DNA of 15,275 bases from Gemmatimonadota bacterium (GCA_039589315.1 JBDHHQ010000095.1:1-15275), one strand, 5' to 3'; shown: positions 1-7,978, counted from the stretch's first letter. Program-made: numbers and translations. The notes: a model not told the origin generated them from the sequence alone.

Positions 1-1
1 C

Positions 2-40
2 ATGGGGCATCTTAGCCCATTATAGGTACTAATAACCCAT
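2..40. promoter_or_regulatory. Tandem pair of 19-bp imperfect palindromes (ATRGG-N9-CCCAT, 20-bp period), candidate transcription factor/enhancer site
   Basis: ATGGGGCATCTTAGCCCAT (2-20) and ATAGGTACTAATAACCCAT (22-40). AT-rich patch in GC-rich DNA; the same architecture recurs at 3150-3188 and 7357-7395. Confidence 0.65.
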
Positions 41-180
41 GCTGCCGCATATCGCCACGGAGCGGTGAGCGCGCTGATCGTCAGAAGGAGTCCAGCGCGG
101 GCCGTCTTGCTGCGGGACGGCATGCTGACGTGTGGGGTGGGCCCGCGTCGCCGGCCACGGCCGTCGGCTTCGGGCCGAGC

Positions 181-1197
181 TCAGCCCACATCGACCTGCC
201 ACACGCCTCCCTCCAGGGGCGCGAGCGTTACGCCTACATCCAGAAATCGGCGGATCACTTCGGCATTCGTACGCGTGTGAGATGTGGGGTGGATCGTCGT
301 GAAGCTCCCGCCACCCGCTACGGCCAGCGGGAGAAGAAGCTGGTCGGCCAGGTGGGGGCCAACCGCCACGTCCGCGCTCTCCCACTGGCGGGTCTGCTCC
401 GCTGCGGTCCGGGCGACCTCCTCGGCCGGGACCCCCCGCTCGCCGAACCCGGTGAAGACCTCGGTGACCGCTTGGCATCTCACCTCGACCAGGACCGCGT
501 TGCCCGGGCCCACGGGATCGAGGACCTCGACCACGGAGCGAGCACCCGGACCGATGCGGAGAAGCCTGCCCACGGTGTCCAGCTCGCGCTCCGCAATGTG
601 CCGGGGCAGGGCTGAGACCAGGGCACGGGCCCTCCGGGCGACGACGGCGCCTCGCGCTGGAAGCACAAGGGGTCGCAACCGCCTCGCAGGCTGGACGCGG
701 GCCCGAAAGCGACCGCCGCCCGCAGGGTAGAACCCAGGTCGGTCCAACGTGAGCTGCAGCCGGGCACCCATCCGTACGAGCAGAGGGACGAGGGCTCGCT
801 CGACGAAGTCGAACGGAGGTGCAAAGGGATTGTGGGTCCCGCCCTCGAGGACGACCTCGGAAGGGGCTGACGCGACGAGCAGGGAGGGGAGGACCGTCTG
901 GAGAACGAGAGTCCCGCTCCCCGCACCACCGGTGGAGAAGCGGTACGCTCCGGGACGGATGTCCCGGGGGCGAAACGTCACGTCGGTGGAGTGTAGCTGC
1001 GCACCCTCGACCTTCGCCGCCGCTACTCGGGCCGCGGCCCGAAGGGAGGTGAGGTGTTGTCGGGCGAGCCCCGGCTTCGGGCGACCCGCCCGCACGTTAC
1101 GAATCCGGAACGGGATGCCCGTAACCGTGGACAGCGCGAGCGCGGTCCGGAGGATCTGCCCTCCTCCCTCTCCCATGGATCCGTCGAGGATCAACAT
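181..1197 (-). CDS. rtcA: RNA 3'-terminal phosphate cyclase
   Basis: 338 aa. N-terminal LDGSMGEGGGQILRTAL, IRAGR-like VRAGRPKPGL, GFYPAGGG and HLADQL (adenylylated His) motifs of RtcA. Confidence 0.95.
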   Translation of the reverse strand: MLILDGSMGEGGGQILRTALALSTVTGIPFRIRNVRAGRPKPGLARQHLTSLRAAARVAAAKVEGAQLHSTDVTFRPRDIRPGAYRFSTGGAGSGTLVLQTVLPSLLVASAPSEVVLEGGTHNPFAPPFDFVERALVPLLVRMGARLQLTLDRPGFYPAGGGRFRARVQPARRLRPLVLPARGAVVARRARALVSALPRHIAERELDTVGRLLRIGPGARSVVEVLDPVGPGNAVLVEVRCQAVTEVFTGFGERGVPAEEVARTAAEQTRQWESADVAVGPHLADQLLLPLAVAGGGSFTTIHPTSHTRTNAEVIRRFLDVGVTLAPLEGGVWQVDVG

Positions 1198-1360
1198 GGC
1201 CTCGACATCGCGTTCTCGGTTCGACCGACGGACTTCGACGAGGCCCGGGACGTGGGTCCAGGCACCTCCGCTTCCGTAGGCAGATAGGTCAGGCAGCGTC
1301 CAGGCGATACAGTGGAGATGCCAATGCCCAATACCCTCCCCTCTTCACAGAGGAGATGAG

Positions 1361-1729
1361 GTGACCCTCCCCCGCACGGCTCTGTCCAGTCCCCGGGACG
1401 TCGCTCGTCAGGCACGTGGTCCAGCGGGCACGTGCCCCGTCGGGATGGTGACCGATCGGGACCTGGTCCTCCGGTGCGTGGCGGAACGCCTCGATCCGGA
1501 TCAGACCTCGCTTCGGGACATCATGTCCTCGCCGATCTGCTCGGTGATCGAGGACACACCCATCGAGTCCGCCCTGGCCACGATGGCTGCCGCCGAGGTG
1601 CGGCGCGCGGTCGTGATCGACTCCGAAGGGACGCTCGTAGGGATTCTGGCCTTGGACGACATCTTGGAGTTGCTCATCGAAGAGACCCAGGCCATCGGCG
1701 CCCTGTTGAGGGGTCAAGCACCGTCGTAG
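1361..1729 (+). pseudogene. N-terminally truncated CBS-pair protein
   Basis: CBS-like sequence begins only at about 1436 (PVGMVTDRDLVLR...LVGILALDDILELL); the first 25 codons are not CBS-like. Paralog of 7561-7978. Could still be translated from GTG 1361 (GAGGAG upstream). Confidence 0.7.
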
Positions 1730-1938
1730 CGGGCCGGGGCGCCAGATGCTCAGCACCTCCTTTCGCAGCGATGCCTACTCTCGCTCCGACTCTTCGACTC
1801 GCTCCCGGGCCATCTCGCACTCCTCGCGCAAGAGCATGACGGCATTGGGCGCACGGCCTGCCCTCGGCGTATACGTGGTTCATCACAGGAAGATTCGAGC
1901 CAGATCTCGAGAGGGGATCAGTCCGGGTTGGACGCGAG

Positions 1939-2499
1939 TCAGTCGAGAAGATGGTGCTTTCCCACGAGCCGGACGGTGCTGGCTTGGGGGCCCTTGTCCC
2001 CTTCCTCCACGACGAAACGCACCTCGGCGCCCTCTTCGAGTTGATCGTAGCTCCCCCGGATGAGGCTGTTCCGGTGGAAGTACACCTCGTGCCCGTCCGA
2101 AGCGGTGATGAAGCCGTAGTCCGGGAACAGTCGTGTCACTCGGCCGTGGGCCGGAACTCCATGGGCCTTTACCTCACCCCGCTGCTTCCGAGCGTACTCC
2201 ACCAGCATCGCCCTGGCTCGATCGAATGCCTCTCCGATCGCCTGAGCCAGCTCTTCGTGGGTGTGGTGCTCGGGCGGTGCACGGCGGACGACGATTTCAT
2301 GTCCGGCCATGGTGACGTCGATGCGCACGTGGTAGAGATTGCCCGTCCGATGACGGCGCTCGGGCATTTCCACCATGATGCAGCAGCTCGTAAGAGGATC
2401 GTAGACTTCCTCCAGCCTCTCGATCCCCTCGCGGATCTGCTCCTTGACAGGCTCCGTGGCCTCAACGTGTCGGAAGGCGATTTCGGGCTCGATTAGCAC
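1939..2499 (-). CDS. HPF/RaiA-family ribosome-associated protein with C-terminal cold-shock (OB-fold) domain
   Basis: GTG start at 2499 with AGGAGG 6 nt upstream; 186 aa. HPF-like N-domain (EIAFRHVE...YHVRIDVT...AIGEAFDRA) and CSD-like C-domain (GRVTRLF..YGFI..DGHEVYFH...GPQA). Confidence 0.88.
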   Translation of the reverse strand: MLIEPEIAFRHVEATEPVKEQIREGIERLEEVYDPLTSCCIMVEMPERRHRTGNLYHVRIDVTMAGHEIVVRRAPPEHHTHEELAQAIGEAFDRARAMLVEYARKQRGEVKAHGVPAHGRVTRLFPDYGFITASDGHEVYFHRNSLIRGSYDQLEEGAEVRFVVEEGDKGPQASTVRLVGKHHLLD

Positions 2500-2541
2500 G
2501 TTGTTCCTCCTGCGGGGGACTCGTTCATCACCTCCTTCAAA

Positions 2542-2558
2542 CGCAGGCGCCATGCCAG
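2542..2558 (-). promoter_or_regulatory. sigma54-type -24/-12 promoter for the HPF-CSD gene
   Basis: Minus strand CTGGCATGGCGCCTGCG (GG-N10-GC), about 40 nt upstream of the GTG start. Confidence 0.65.
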
Positions 2559-2566
2559 ACCTCTGG

Positions 2567-2583
2567 GCGGCACACGGCTTGCT
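2567..2583 (+). promoter_or_regulatory. sigma54-type -24/-12 promoter facing the CBS remnant
   Basis: GCGGCACACGGCTTGCT (GGCAC-N5-TTGCT). Confidence 0.6.
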
Positions 2584-2642
2584 CCTTTTTGCAGTCGCCA
2601 ACTCTTCCGGCAACAAGAGCAACCGAGTCGCTGTGGAGATGA

Positions 2643-2825
2643 GCGTCCCTCGAGATTCCGGGGACACCCGATGTGTTCGGCGTCGGACCCGATGAGAGCC
2701 TGAACCGATTTGGGGCGCTGCTTCGTCCGCACCGGGCTCCACCGGCCCTGGTCTTGGAGCACGATCGGATCGTGGGGATCGTCTCTGTCACCGACCTGCT
2801 GGGGCTGATCGCAGAGAAACAGTGA
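2643..2825 (+). pseudogene. Degraded single CBS domain remnant (not in the ORF track)
   Basis: Manual translation gives ...[53 protein letters not shown]. An in-frame TGA at 2640-2642 precedes it. Confidence 0.7.
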
Positions 2826-2865
2826 GAGCCGGAGCCGCCAGTGCGGCAAGCTCCGAAGCGTCGGT

Positions 2866-3091
2866 GCTCGTGGCCGCCACCAGGCGAGAATCGACCTGGA
2901 CCGGCTGCCTCCCGCCCACACGCTTGATCGCCCGTTCCTGCAGCACCCGGAGGAGCTTGCTTTGATCGCCCGCGAGATCGTGCTGATGCGACGGTCAGGC
3001 GGTTCAAGATGGTGGGGAGGTCGCGACGGAGTTCTGCGACCTCCCGGAGGAGCCGGCGCGTCTCCAGGGCGCGCCGAATCACGATCTTGAG
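2866..3091 (-). pseudogene. Remnant of NtrC-family sigma54-dependent transcriptional activator
   Basis: Two out-of-frame pieces: LKIVIRRALETRRLLREVAELRRDL (3091-3017, receiver end/coiled linker) and [33 protein letters not shown] (2964-2866, conserved AAA+ segment [12 protein letters not shown]...VDxRxxAATN). No Walker A, GAFTGA or HTH visible. Confidence 0.85.
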
Positions 3092-3149
3092 CCCAGGCGC
3101 GTGCGGGACGGCGTGCCCGGTCCGGAATCCGGGAACGTCAATCTTGTCT

Positions 3150-3188
3150 TGGGGGACTACTGACCTATCATGGGTAATAATGCCCCAT
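3150..3188. promoter_or_regulatory. Second tandem pair of the 19-bp palindromic site
   Basis: TGGGGGACTACTGACCTAT (3150-3168) and ATGGGTAATAATGCCCCAT (3170-3188). The latter matches 22-40 at 15/19 and the reverse complement of 2-20 at 15/19. Confidence 0.65.
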
Positions 3189-3313
3189 AATGCCAGGCTG
3201 CCGCGACCTCCTCCAACTCAATCCGTTTCCCCGAGGATTGTGGCGTTACGCTTACCGCGAGGGAGGGCGGGAAGGCCAGGAGAAACGTCCAGGGGGGGCG
3301 TGGCCCGCCGCTG

Positions 3314-4048
3314 CTACTCCTGTACGAGTCGTTTCAGCTCGACCGCGTCTCGCACCGCGTGTCCCATGGCGTCGTTGTTGAAGTAGACGAAGACATCGAG
3401 CCCTCGGCGCAGGAAGGTCTTGATGAGTGGGACTCGGACCGAAAGCTCCCGACGCCCGTAGCGTCCGCCGGGCACGGTTCCGTGAAAGCGCATGTACACC
3501 CAGTCTGCCGTGACGTCTACGGGGTGATGCTCAATGAGGTCGTGGATGCACAGCGCGGCGCCGTGATCCCTGAGAATTCCGAGCACGTCGTCGCACAACC
3601 AGCTGCGGTCGCGGAACTCCATGGCCCATCGATGGCTTGGGGTGGCCGCGGCGAGGAAGGCCTCCAGACGCGGGACGTTCACCTTCCACCGGGGTGGGAG
3701 CTGCACCAGGATTGGGCCGAGCGAGCCTCTGAGGCGCTCCGCTCGCTCGAGGAAACGGCCGATGGTATGCTCAGGCTCCTTCAGGTGCTTCAGATGGGAC
3801 CCGTATCGGCTGAACTTCAGAGCGTAGGTGAAGGACTCCGCCACGCGGCGTCTCCATGTGTCGAAGGTCGCGGCAGCCGGCAGCCCGTAGAAGGTGTTGT
3901 TGATTTCGACCGTTTCGAACCGGGTCGCGTAGAAGGTGAGCCACTCCTCTTTCCGAAGATCCGGCGGATAGAATCGGCCCCTCCAATGGTCGTACTGATA
4001 GCCCGACGTGCCAACGCGGAGCTGACCGGCGCTTGAAGCTCGACTCAT
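3314..4048 (-). CDS. DUF72 (YecE-like) family protein
   Basis: Likely start ATG 4048 (244 aa). RVGTSGYQYDHW...FYP, TVEINNTFY, LGPILVQLPP, MEFR..SW, YMRFHG and VYFNND motifs of DUF72. Confidence 0.92.
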   Translation of the reverse strand: MSRASSAGQLRVGTSGYQYDHWRGRFYPPDLRKEEWLTFYATRFETVEINNTFYGLPAAATFDTWRRRVAESFTYALKFSRYGSHLKHLKEPEHTIGRFLERAERLRGSLGPILVQLPPRWKVNVPRLEAFLAAATPSHRWAMEFRDRSWLCDDVLGILRDHGAALCIHDLIEHHPVDVTADWVYMRFHGTVPGGRYGRRELSVRVPLIKTFLRRGLDVFVYFNNDAMGHAVRDAVELKRLVQE

Positions 4049-4105
4049 TCGTGGCCCATCCCGTTCCGTGATTCCGTTCCCCAGCGGCAGGCCGAAGCTC
4101 GTACC

Positions 4106-4122
4106 CCGGCACATGCTTTGCT
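4106..4122 (+). promoter_or_regulatory. sigma54-type -24/-12 promoter for the MTH1187-CBS-(hsp20) unit
   Basis: CCGGCACATGCTTTGCT, near-consensus, 60 nt upstream of ATG 4182. Confidence 0.75.
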
Positions 4123-4181
4123 CAACCAGTCGACCAGTGGGCAGTGATCCGTCACATCGCGTCTCCCGTCCGGAGGTTTCC

Positions 4182-4487
4182 ATGCTCTTCAGCGTATCGA
4201 TGTTTCCGATCGGATCCGGCGACGACCTCTCGCATCCCGTCGCCGAGGTCATCGACGAGATCGACCGGGCCGGTCTCTCGTATCGGGTGTCGGCCATGGA
4301 CACGATCATCGAGGGCGAATGGAAGGACGTGATGCCTGTGATACGGAGGGCTTACCGGCATTTGACGGAAAAACACGATCGCGTCTACCTGACGCTCGCT
4401 GTGGACGAGCACAAGAGTGCCGAGTCCCGGCTCAAGGGGGCCGTGGAGGATGTGGAGGGAGAATTGGGTCGATCCGTGGCACGCTAG
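4182..4487 (+). CDS. MTH1187/YqgV (DUF77) thiamine-binding family protein
   Basis: GGAGG then ATG 4182; 101 aa. FSVSMFPIG..DLS..VAEVI..I..AGL.Y....M.T.IEGEW pattern. Confidence 0.88.
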   Translation: MLFSVSMFPIGSGDDLSHPVAEVIDEIDRAGLSYRVSAMDTIIEGEWKDVMPVIRRAYRHLTEKHDRVYLTLAVDEHKSAESRLKGAVEDVEGELGRSVAR

Positions 4488-4593
4488 CGATGACCGTTTG
4501 GGCTCGGTCAGCGCCCACTCGCCGTACTCGGCTTGCACGGGATGACCCTGGGGCAATGGGTGGCAGACTGGAACCGACTGTGGAGGACAAGCG

Positions 4594-5139
4594 ATGACGC
4601 TCGTGAGCGAGATCATGACATCCGAGGTATCGACGGTCACGCCGGAGATGACCCTGCGGGAGGCGCTCGAGGTCTTACGGGCGCGGAACGTCGGAGGGGC
4701 GCCGGTAGTGCGGGGATCGGAGGTCGTTGGCGTGATGTCCATGGCCGACCTGCTCGAGTTGGAAGCTACGAGTCCGTCCGTCCCGGCCTACCGGGATGAC
4801 CTGGCCGAGTGGAGTGACTGGGGAGAGCCCGAGCCCTGGCAGGAGGGGGAATCGCCTCCGCTGTTTTTCGTGGACTTCTGGGTTGACGCTGGAGCGGACA
4901 CGAGAGAGCGGATGGCGAGGATCGAGGGGCCTGAGTGGGATTTCCTGGCCGACCACAACGTGGGCGAGGTCATGAGCCGGAAGCTGTTGAGCGTGAGCGC
5001 GGATGACGAGGTCCCTATCGCCGCGCGACAAATGACCGACGCGGGTGTCCACAGGGTGCTGGTCCTAGACGGAGGGCGCCTGGTGGGCGTGCTTTCGGCC
5101 AGCGACGTGGTGCGCGCCGTGGCCGACGGCGTTCTGTAG
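4594..5139 (+). CDS. CBS-pair (Bateman domain) protein with acidic, Trp-rich insert
   Basis: GGAGG RBS; 181 aa. Two CBS motifs (VSEIMTSEV...VVGVMSMADLL; VGEVMSRKL...LVGVLSASDVV). Confidence 0.9.
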   Translation: MTLVSEIMTSEVSTVTPEMTLREALEVLRARNVGGAPVVRGSEVVGVMSMADLLELEATSPSVPAYRDDLAEWSDWGEPEPWQEGESPPLFFVDFWVDAGADTRERMARIEGPEWDFLADHNVGEVMSRKLLSVSADDEVPIAARQMTDAGVHRVLVLDGGRLVGVLSASDVVRAVADGVL

Positions 5140-5164
5140 GCAGCGCAGGAAGGCTGGCCCATCC

Positions 5165-5278
5165 CAGTCGGTGAGCCCGGAGGCCATCACTGCCGAGTAC
5201 GACAACGGGATCGTCACGGTCCATATGCCCAAAGCGGAAGAGGCCAGGGGCCGCAAGATCGACATAGAGGCGAAATAG
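5165..5278 (+). pseudogene. C-terminal fragment of an Hsp20/alpha-crystallin small heat-shock protein (not in the ORF track)
   Basis: QSVSPEAITAEYDNGIVTVHMPKAEEARGRKIDIEAK* contains the AxYxNGxLxVxxPK motif and IxI tail. Only 25 nt separate it from the CBS stop, so the N-terminal part is missing. Confidence 0.85.
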
Positions 5279-5294
5279 CCGAGGCTGGGCGCCC

Positions 5295-7202
5295 TCAGGC
5301 CGCCTCAGAGGAGGCCTTCACAAGCTCGGCCACCTCGTCGCCCGTGAGCACCTCCTTCTCCAGCAGGCGAGTGGCGATGCGATCGAGGGCAGCGCGATTG
5401 CGCTCGATCGTGCCTCTTGCCTGCTCCCGGCATTCCTCCACGATTTCCTTGACGGCCTCGTCCACCTCCCGGGCAGTTTCTTCGGAGTACTCCCGGCCCC
5501 GGGCGATCTCCTCACCGAGGAACACGTGCTCACGACGGCGCTCCGATGCCATCGGACCGAACCGGTCGCTCATCCCCCAGTCCAGGACCATCTTGCGCGC
5601 CAGGCGAGTGGCTTCTCGCAGGTCATCTTCCGCACCACTGGTCATGGTTGCAAAGACCAGCTCCTCGGCAGCGCGCCCGCCCATGAGCACGACGATCCGC
5701 TCCAGCATGTACTCCCGCTCATAGATGTGACGCTCCCGTTCCGGTAGCTGGTGCGTGCTCCCCATGGCGCGACCCCGCGGTATGATGGTCACCTTGTGCA
5801 CCGGATCCGAATGCGGGAGTAACGCAGCCAGAAGCGCATGACCTCCTTCGTGGTACGCCAGGAAGCGGAGCTCCCGCTCCGTCAAGGCGAGCCCTTCCCG
5901 TTCGAGGCCCATGAGGATCTTGTCCCTTGCCTCCTCCACGTCGTCGTGGCCGACGCTCGTGCGGTCCCTCCGGGCCGCGCCAAGGGCCGCCTCGTTGAGC
6001 AAGTTCCTGAGATCCGCTCCGCTGAAGCCGGGGGTCCCTCGGGCCACCTCCTCCAGGTCCACGTCCTTGTCCAGCGGCTTGCGCCGGGCGTGCAGCTCGA
6101 GGATCTCCACCCGCTCCGACGTGGTAGGCAGGTCGACGGTGACGCGCCGGTCGAAGCGGCCGGGTCGAAGCAGCGCCGGATCCAGGATGTCCGGGCGGTT
6201 CGTGGCGGCCATGACGATGACGTTCTCGTTGGCCTCGAAGCCGTCGAGCTCGGAAAGCAGTTGGTTCAGCGTCTGTTCCCGCTCGTCGTGGCCGCCGCCC
6301 AGGCCTGTGCCGCGCCGGCGCCCGATGCTGTCCAGCTCGTCGATGAAGATGATGCTCGGTGCAGCTTCCTTCGCGCTGCCAAAGAGGTCCCTGACGCGCC
6401 GGGCACCGACACCGACGAACATCTCCATGAAGTCCGACCCAGTAATACTGTAGAACGGCACTCCCGCCTCGCCGGCAACGGCGCGGGCCAAGAGAGTCTT
6501 CCCCGTTCCAGGCGGTCCCACGATCATCACTCCCTTCGGAATCTCGGCTCCGAGCCTGGTGAACTGCTCCGGCCTCCTCAGGAACGCGATGATCTCCTGG
6601 AGCTCGCGCTTGGCGGCTGAGGCACCAGCTACGTCCGCGAACGTCGTAGCCTCCCTCGTGCGCTCGTAGAGCTTGGCGCCACTCCCTCCGAGACCGAGGA
6701 GGCTCTGCATTCGGCCCTGAGTGCGCATCAGGAAGAACATCCAGACGGCGAACAAGAGTATCAGGGGAAGCCAACTGATGAGGAGCGGCCACCAGCGACC
6801 GTCTCCCGTTGGAAGCGTTTCCACCTCGACGCCATTCTCCTCCAACAGCGCCAGGAGGCCTTCATCGCCGACGGACGGCAGATAGGTGATGAATCTGGCA
6901 TACTCCTGCTCTTCGCCCGTCGGTGAATCTAGGTGGACCGTATGTACCAGGATTCCCTCGATGCTTTCTCCCTGAATGGTCACCTTCTGGACGTTGCCAG
7001 AGATGACCTGCTCCCGGAAGGTGCTGTAGCTGATCCGGGAGTTCCAGTCCCTTCCGGAATCCCAGGTCCCTCGTAGGGCAACCACCAGGAGCATCACGGC
7101 CACGACCAAGACGATGAGCCGCATCAGCCTCTGGGCAAGGGGGGGCGGCGCCGGAGGCGGCTCGTCCGCGCGCGGGGGTCGCGGGTCGGATTGGGTGGCC
7201 AT
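5295..7202 (-). CDS. ftsH: ATP-dependent zinc metalloprotease FtsH
   Basis: Likely start ATG 7202 (635 aa). Two TM segments, Walker A GPPGTGKT, pore FVG, Walker [35 protein letters not shown] zinc motif. Confidence 0.96.
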   Translation of the reverse strand: MATQSDPRPPRADEPPPAPPPLAQRLMRLIVLVVAVMLLVVALRGTWDSGRDWNSRISYSTFREQVISGNVQKVTIQGESIEGILVHTVHLDSPTGEEQEYARFITYLPSVGDEGLLALLEENGVEVETLPTGDGRWWPLLISWLPLILLFAVWMFFLMRTQGRMQSLLGLGGSGAKLYERTREATTFADVAGASAAKRELQEIIAFLRRPEQFTRLGAEIPKGVMIVGPPGTGKTLLARAVAGEAGVPFYSITGSDFMEMFVGVGARRVRDLFGSAKEAAPSIIFIDELDSIGRRRGTGLGGGHDEREQTLNQLLSELDGFEANENVIVMAATNRPDILDPALLRPGRFDRRVTVDLPTTSERVEILELHARRKPLDKDVDLEEVARGTPGFSGADLRNLLNEAALGAARRDRTSVGHDDVEEARDKILMGLEREGLALTERELRFLAYHEGGHALLAALLPHSDPVHKVTIIPRGRAMGSTHQLPERERHIYEREYMLERIVVLMGGRAAEELVFATMTSGAEDDLREATRLARKMVLDWGMSDRFGPMASERRREHVFLGEEIARGREYSEETAREVDEAVKEIVEECREQARGTIERNRAALDRIATRLLEKEVLTGDEVAELVKASSEAA

Positions 7203-7266
7203 CAGTTTTCCCGTGGGTCGGCTTGGGGGGAATCTCATTCGAAACACGTGCCCTTTAGCCCGACTC

Positions 7267-7283
7267 AGCACCGTTCGTGCCGG
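7267..7283 (-). promoter_or_regulatory. sigma54-type -24/-12 promoter for ftsH
   Basis: Minus strand CCGGCACGAACGGTGCT (GG-N10-GC), 65 nt upstream of ATG 7202. Confidence 0.7.
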
Positions 7284-7356
7284 ACTCGAGCTCCGATCTG
7301 TCGGGACCGTTCCCGGGGCTGGCCGCCCTTTCCGCCCCAGCCTATGGCGGCTGGGA

Positions 7357-7395
7357 CAGGATTCTCGAGACCCAGAATGGGATAAAATGTCCCCT
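7357..7395. promoter_or_regulatory. Third, more degenerate tandem pair of the 19-bp site; candidate upstream activator sequence
   Basis: ATGGGATAAAATGTCCCCT (7377-7395) plus the weak CAGGATTCTCGAGACCCAG (7357-7375) at the same 20-bp period. Lies between two divergent sigma54 motifs. Confidence 0.55.
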
Positions 7396-7481
7396 CCCGA
7401 TCCGGCCCCGTCGACCGATTTCATCGTCGGATTCGCCCTGGGGACACACCGGTGATCCGGTGTCTCAGGCTGCCGGCGCCT

Positions 7482-7498
7482 CGGGAATGGCGATTGCA
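7482..7498 (+). promoter_or_regulatory. sigma54-type promoter (weaker -24) for the CBS / PRT-rtcB / prs unit
   Basis: CGGGAATGGCGATTGCA: GG-N10-GC with a good TTGCA -12 element. Confidence 0.5.
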
Positions 7499-7560
7499 GT
7501 AAGCCAGGGTGGAGGAGCGGCGCAACCGCCTCCGCTTCTGTGGAAAGGAAGGAGGGGCCT

Positions 7561-7978
7561 CTGTCGGCAGAAAGGATTTGCACGCGCGTCACCTATACGG
7601 CCTCTCCCGCAGAGCGCGCGCGGGACCCAGTCCGTATGCAGGACCACCGCATCGGTACACTCGTCGTGGTGGACGGCGACAACCGGGCCGTGGGGATGCG
7701 CGGACCGGGATATCGCTCTCCGGTGCGTCGCGGAGGCCCGCGATCCAGGCCAAACGTCACTTCAAGACATCATGTCCTCACCTGTATGCTCGGTCGTCGA
7801 GGACACCCCCATCGAGTCCGCGCTGGCCACCATGCCCGCCGCCGAGGTGCGACGGGCGGTTGTGATCGATTCGGAAGGGAAGTTGGTGGGGATACTCGCA
7901 CTCGACGATGTCCTGGAGCTGCTCATCGAGGAGGCTGAGGCCATCGGTAGCCTGTTGAGGGCCCAGGCATCGGCCTAG
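7561..7978 (+). pseudogene. Frameshifted CBS-pair protein
   Basis: AAGGAGG (7549-7555) then CTG where ATG is expected. Reads LSAERICTRVTYTASP...MQDHRIGTLVVVDGDNRAVGM, then shifts frame at about 7699 (2 nt shorter than the paralog) into DRDIALRCVAE...LVGILALDDVLELL. Confidence 0.85.

Noticed and set aside
140..176. GC hairpin after the rtcA stop, and weak hairpins at the convergent junctions near 5278-5300 and 11246-11262
   Set aside because: No U-tracts and imperfect stems; cannot be called terminators in such GC-rich DNA.
2493..2528. 11-codon upstream ORF (MNESPAGGTTC) overlapping the HPF-CSD start
   Set aside because: Its SD-like sequence is only 2 nt from the ATG and falls upstream of the predicted start of transcription; no other support.
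3149..3169. Resemblance to the DosR box (GGGACT core)
   Set aside because: Only one site has GGGACT, and the motif here is an odd-length 19-bp palindrome, unlike the even-length DosR box.
2..3188. The palindromic pairs as Xer/dif-like or invertase sites bounding a mobile or invertible 3.1-kb segment
   Set aside because: They match equally well in direct and inverted orientation because they are palindromic, lack the 11-6-11 dif layout, no recombinase is in the window, and a third pair sits in enhancer position. Not fully excluded.
4144..4155. GTGA-TCCG-TCAC as a CRP/FNR site
   Set aside because: The spacer is 4 bp rather than the required 6, and it lies downstream of the promoter motif.
7203..7592. 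N-terminal extensions in the ORF track for FtsH, also HPF-CSD (to 2742), DUF72 (to 4309), Prs (from 10006) and E1alpha (to 15162)
   Set aside because: The extensions are low-complexity and run over promoters or neighbouring genes; family-like sequence and most RBSs point to the downstream starts.
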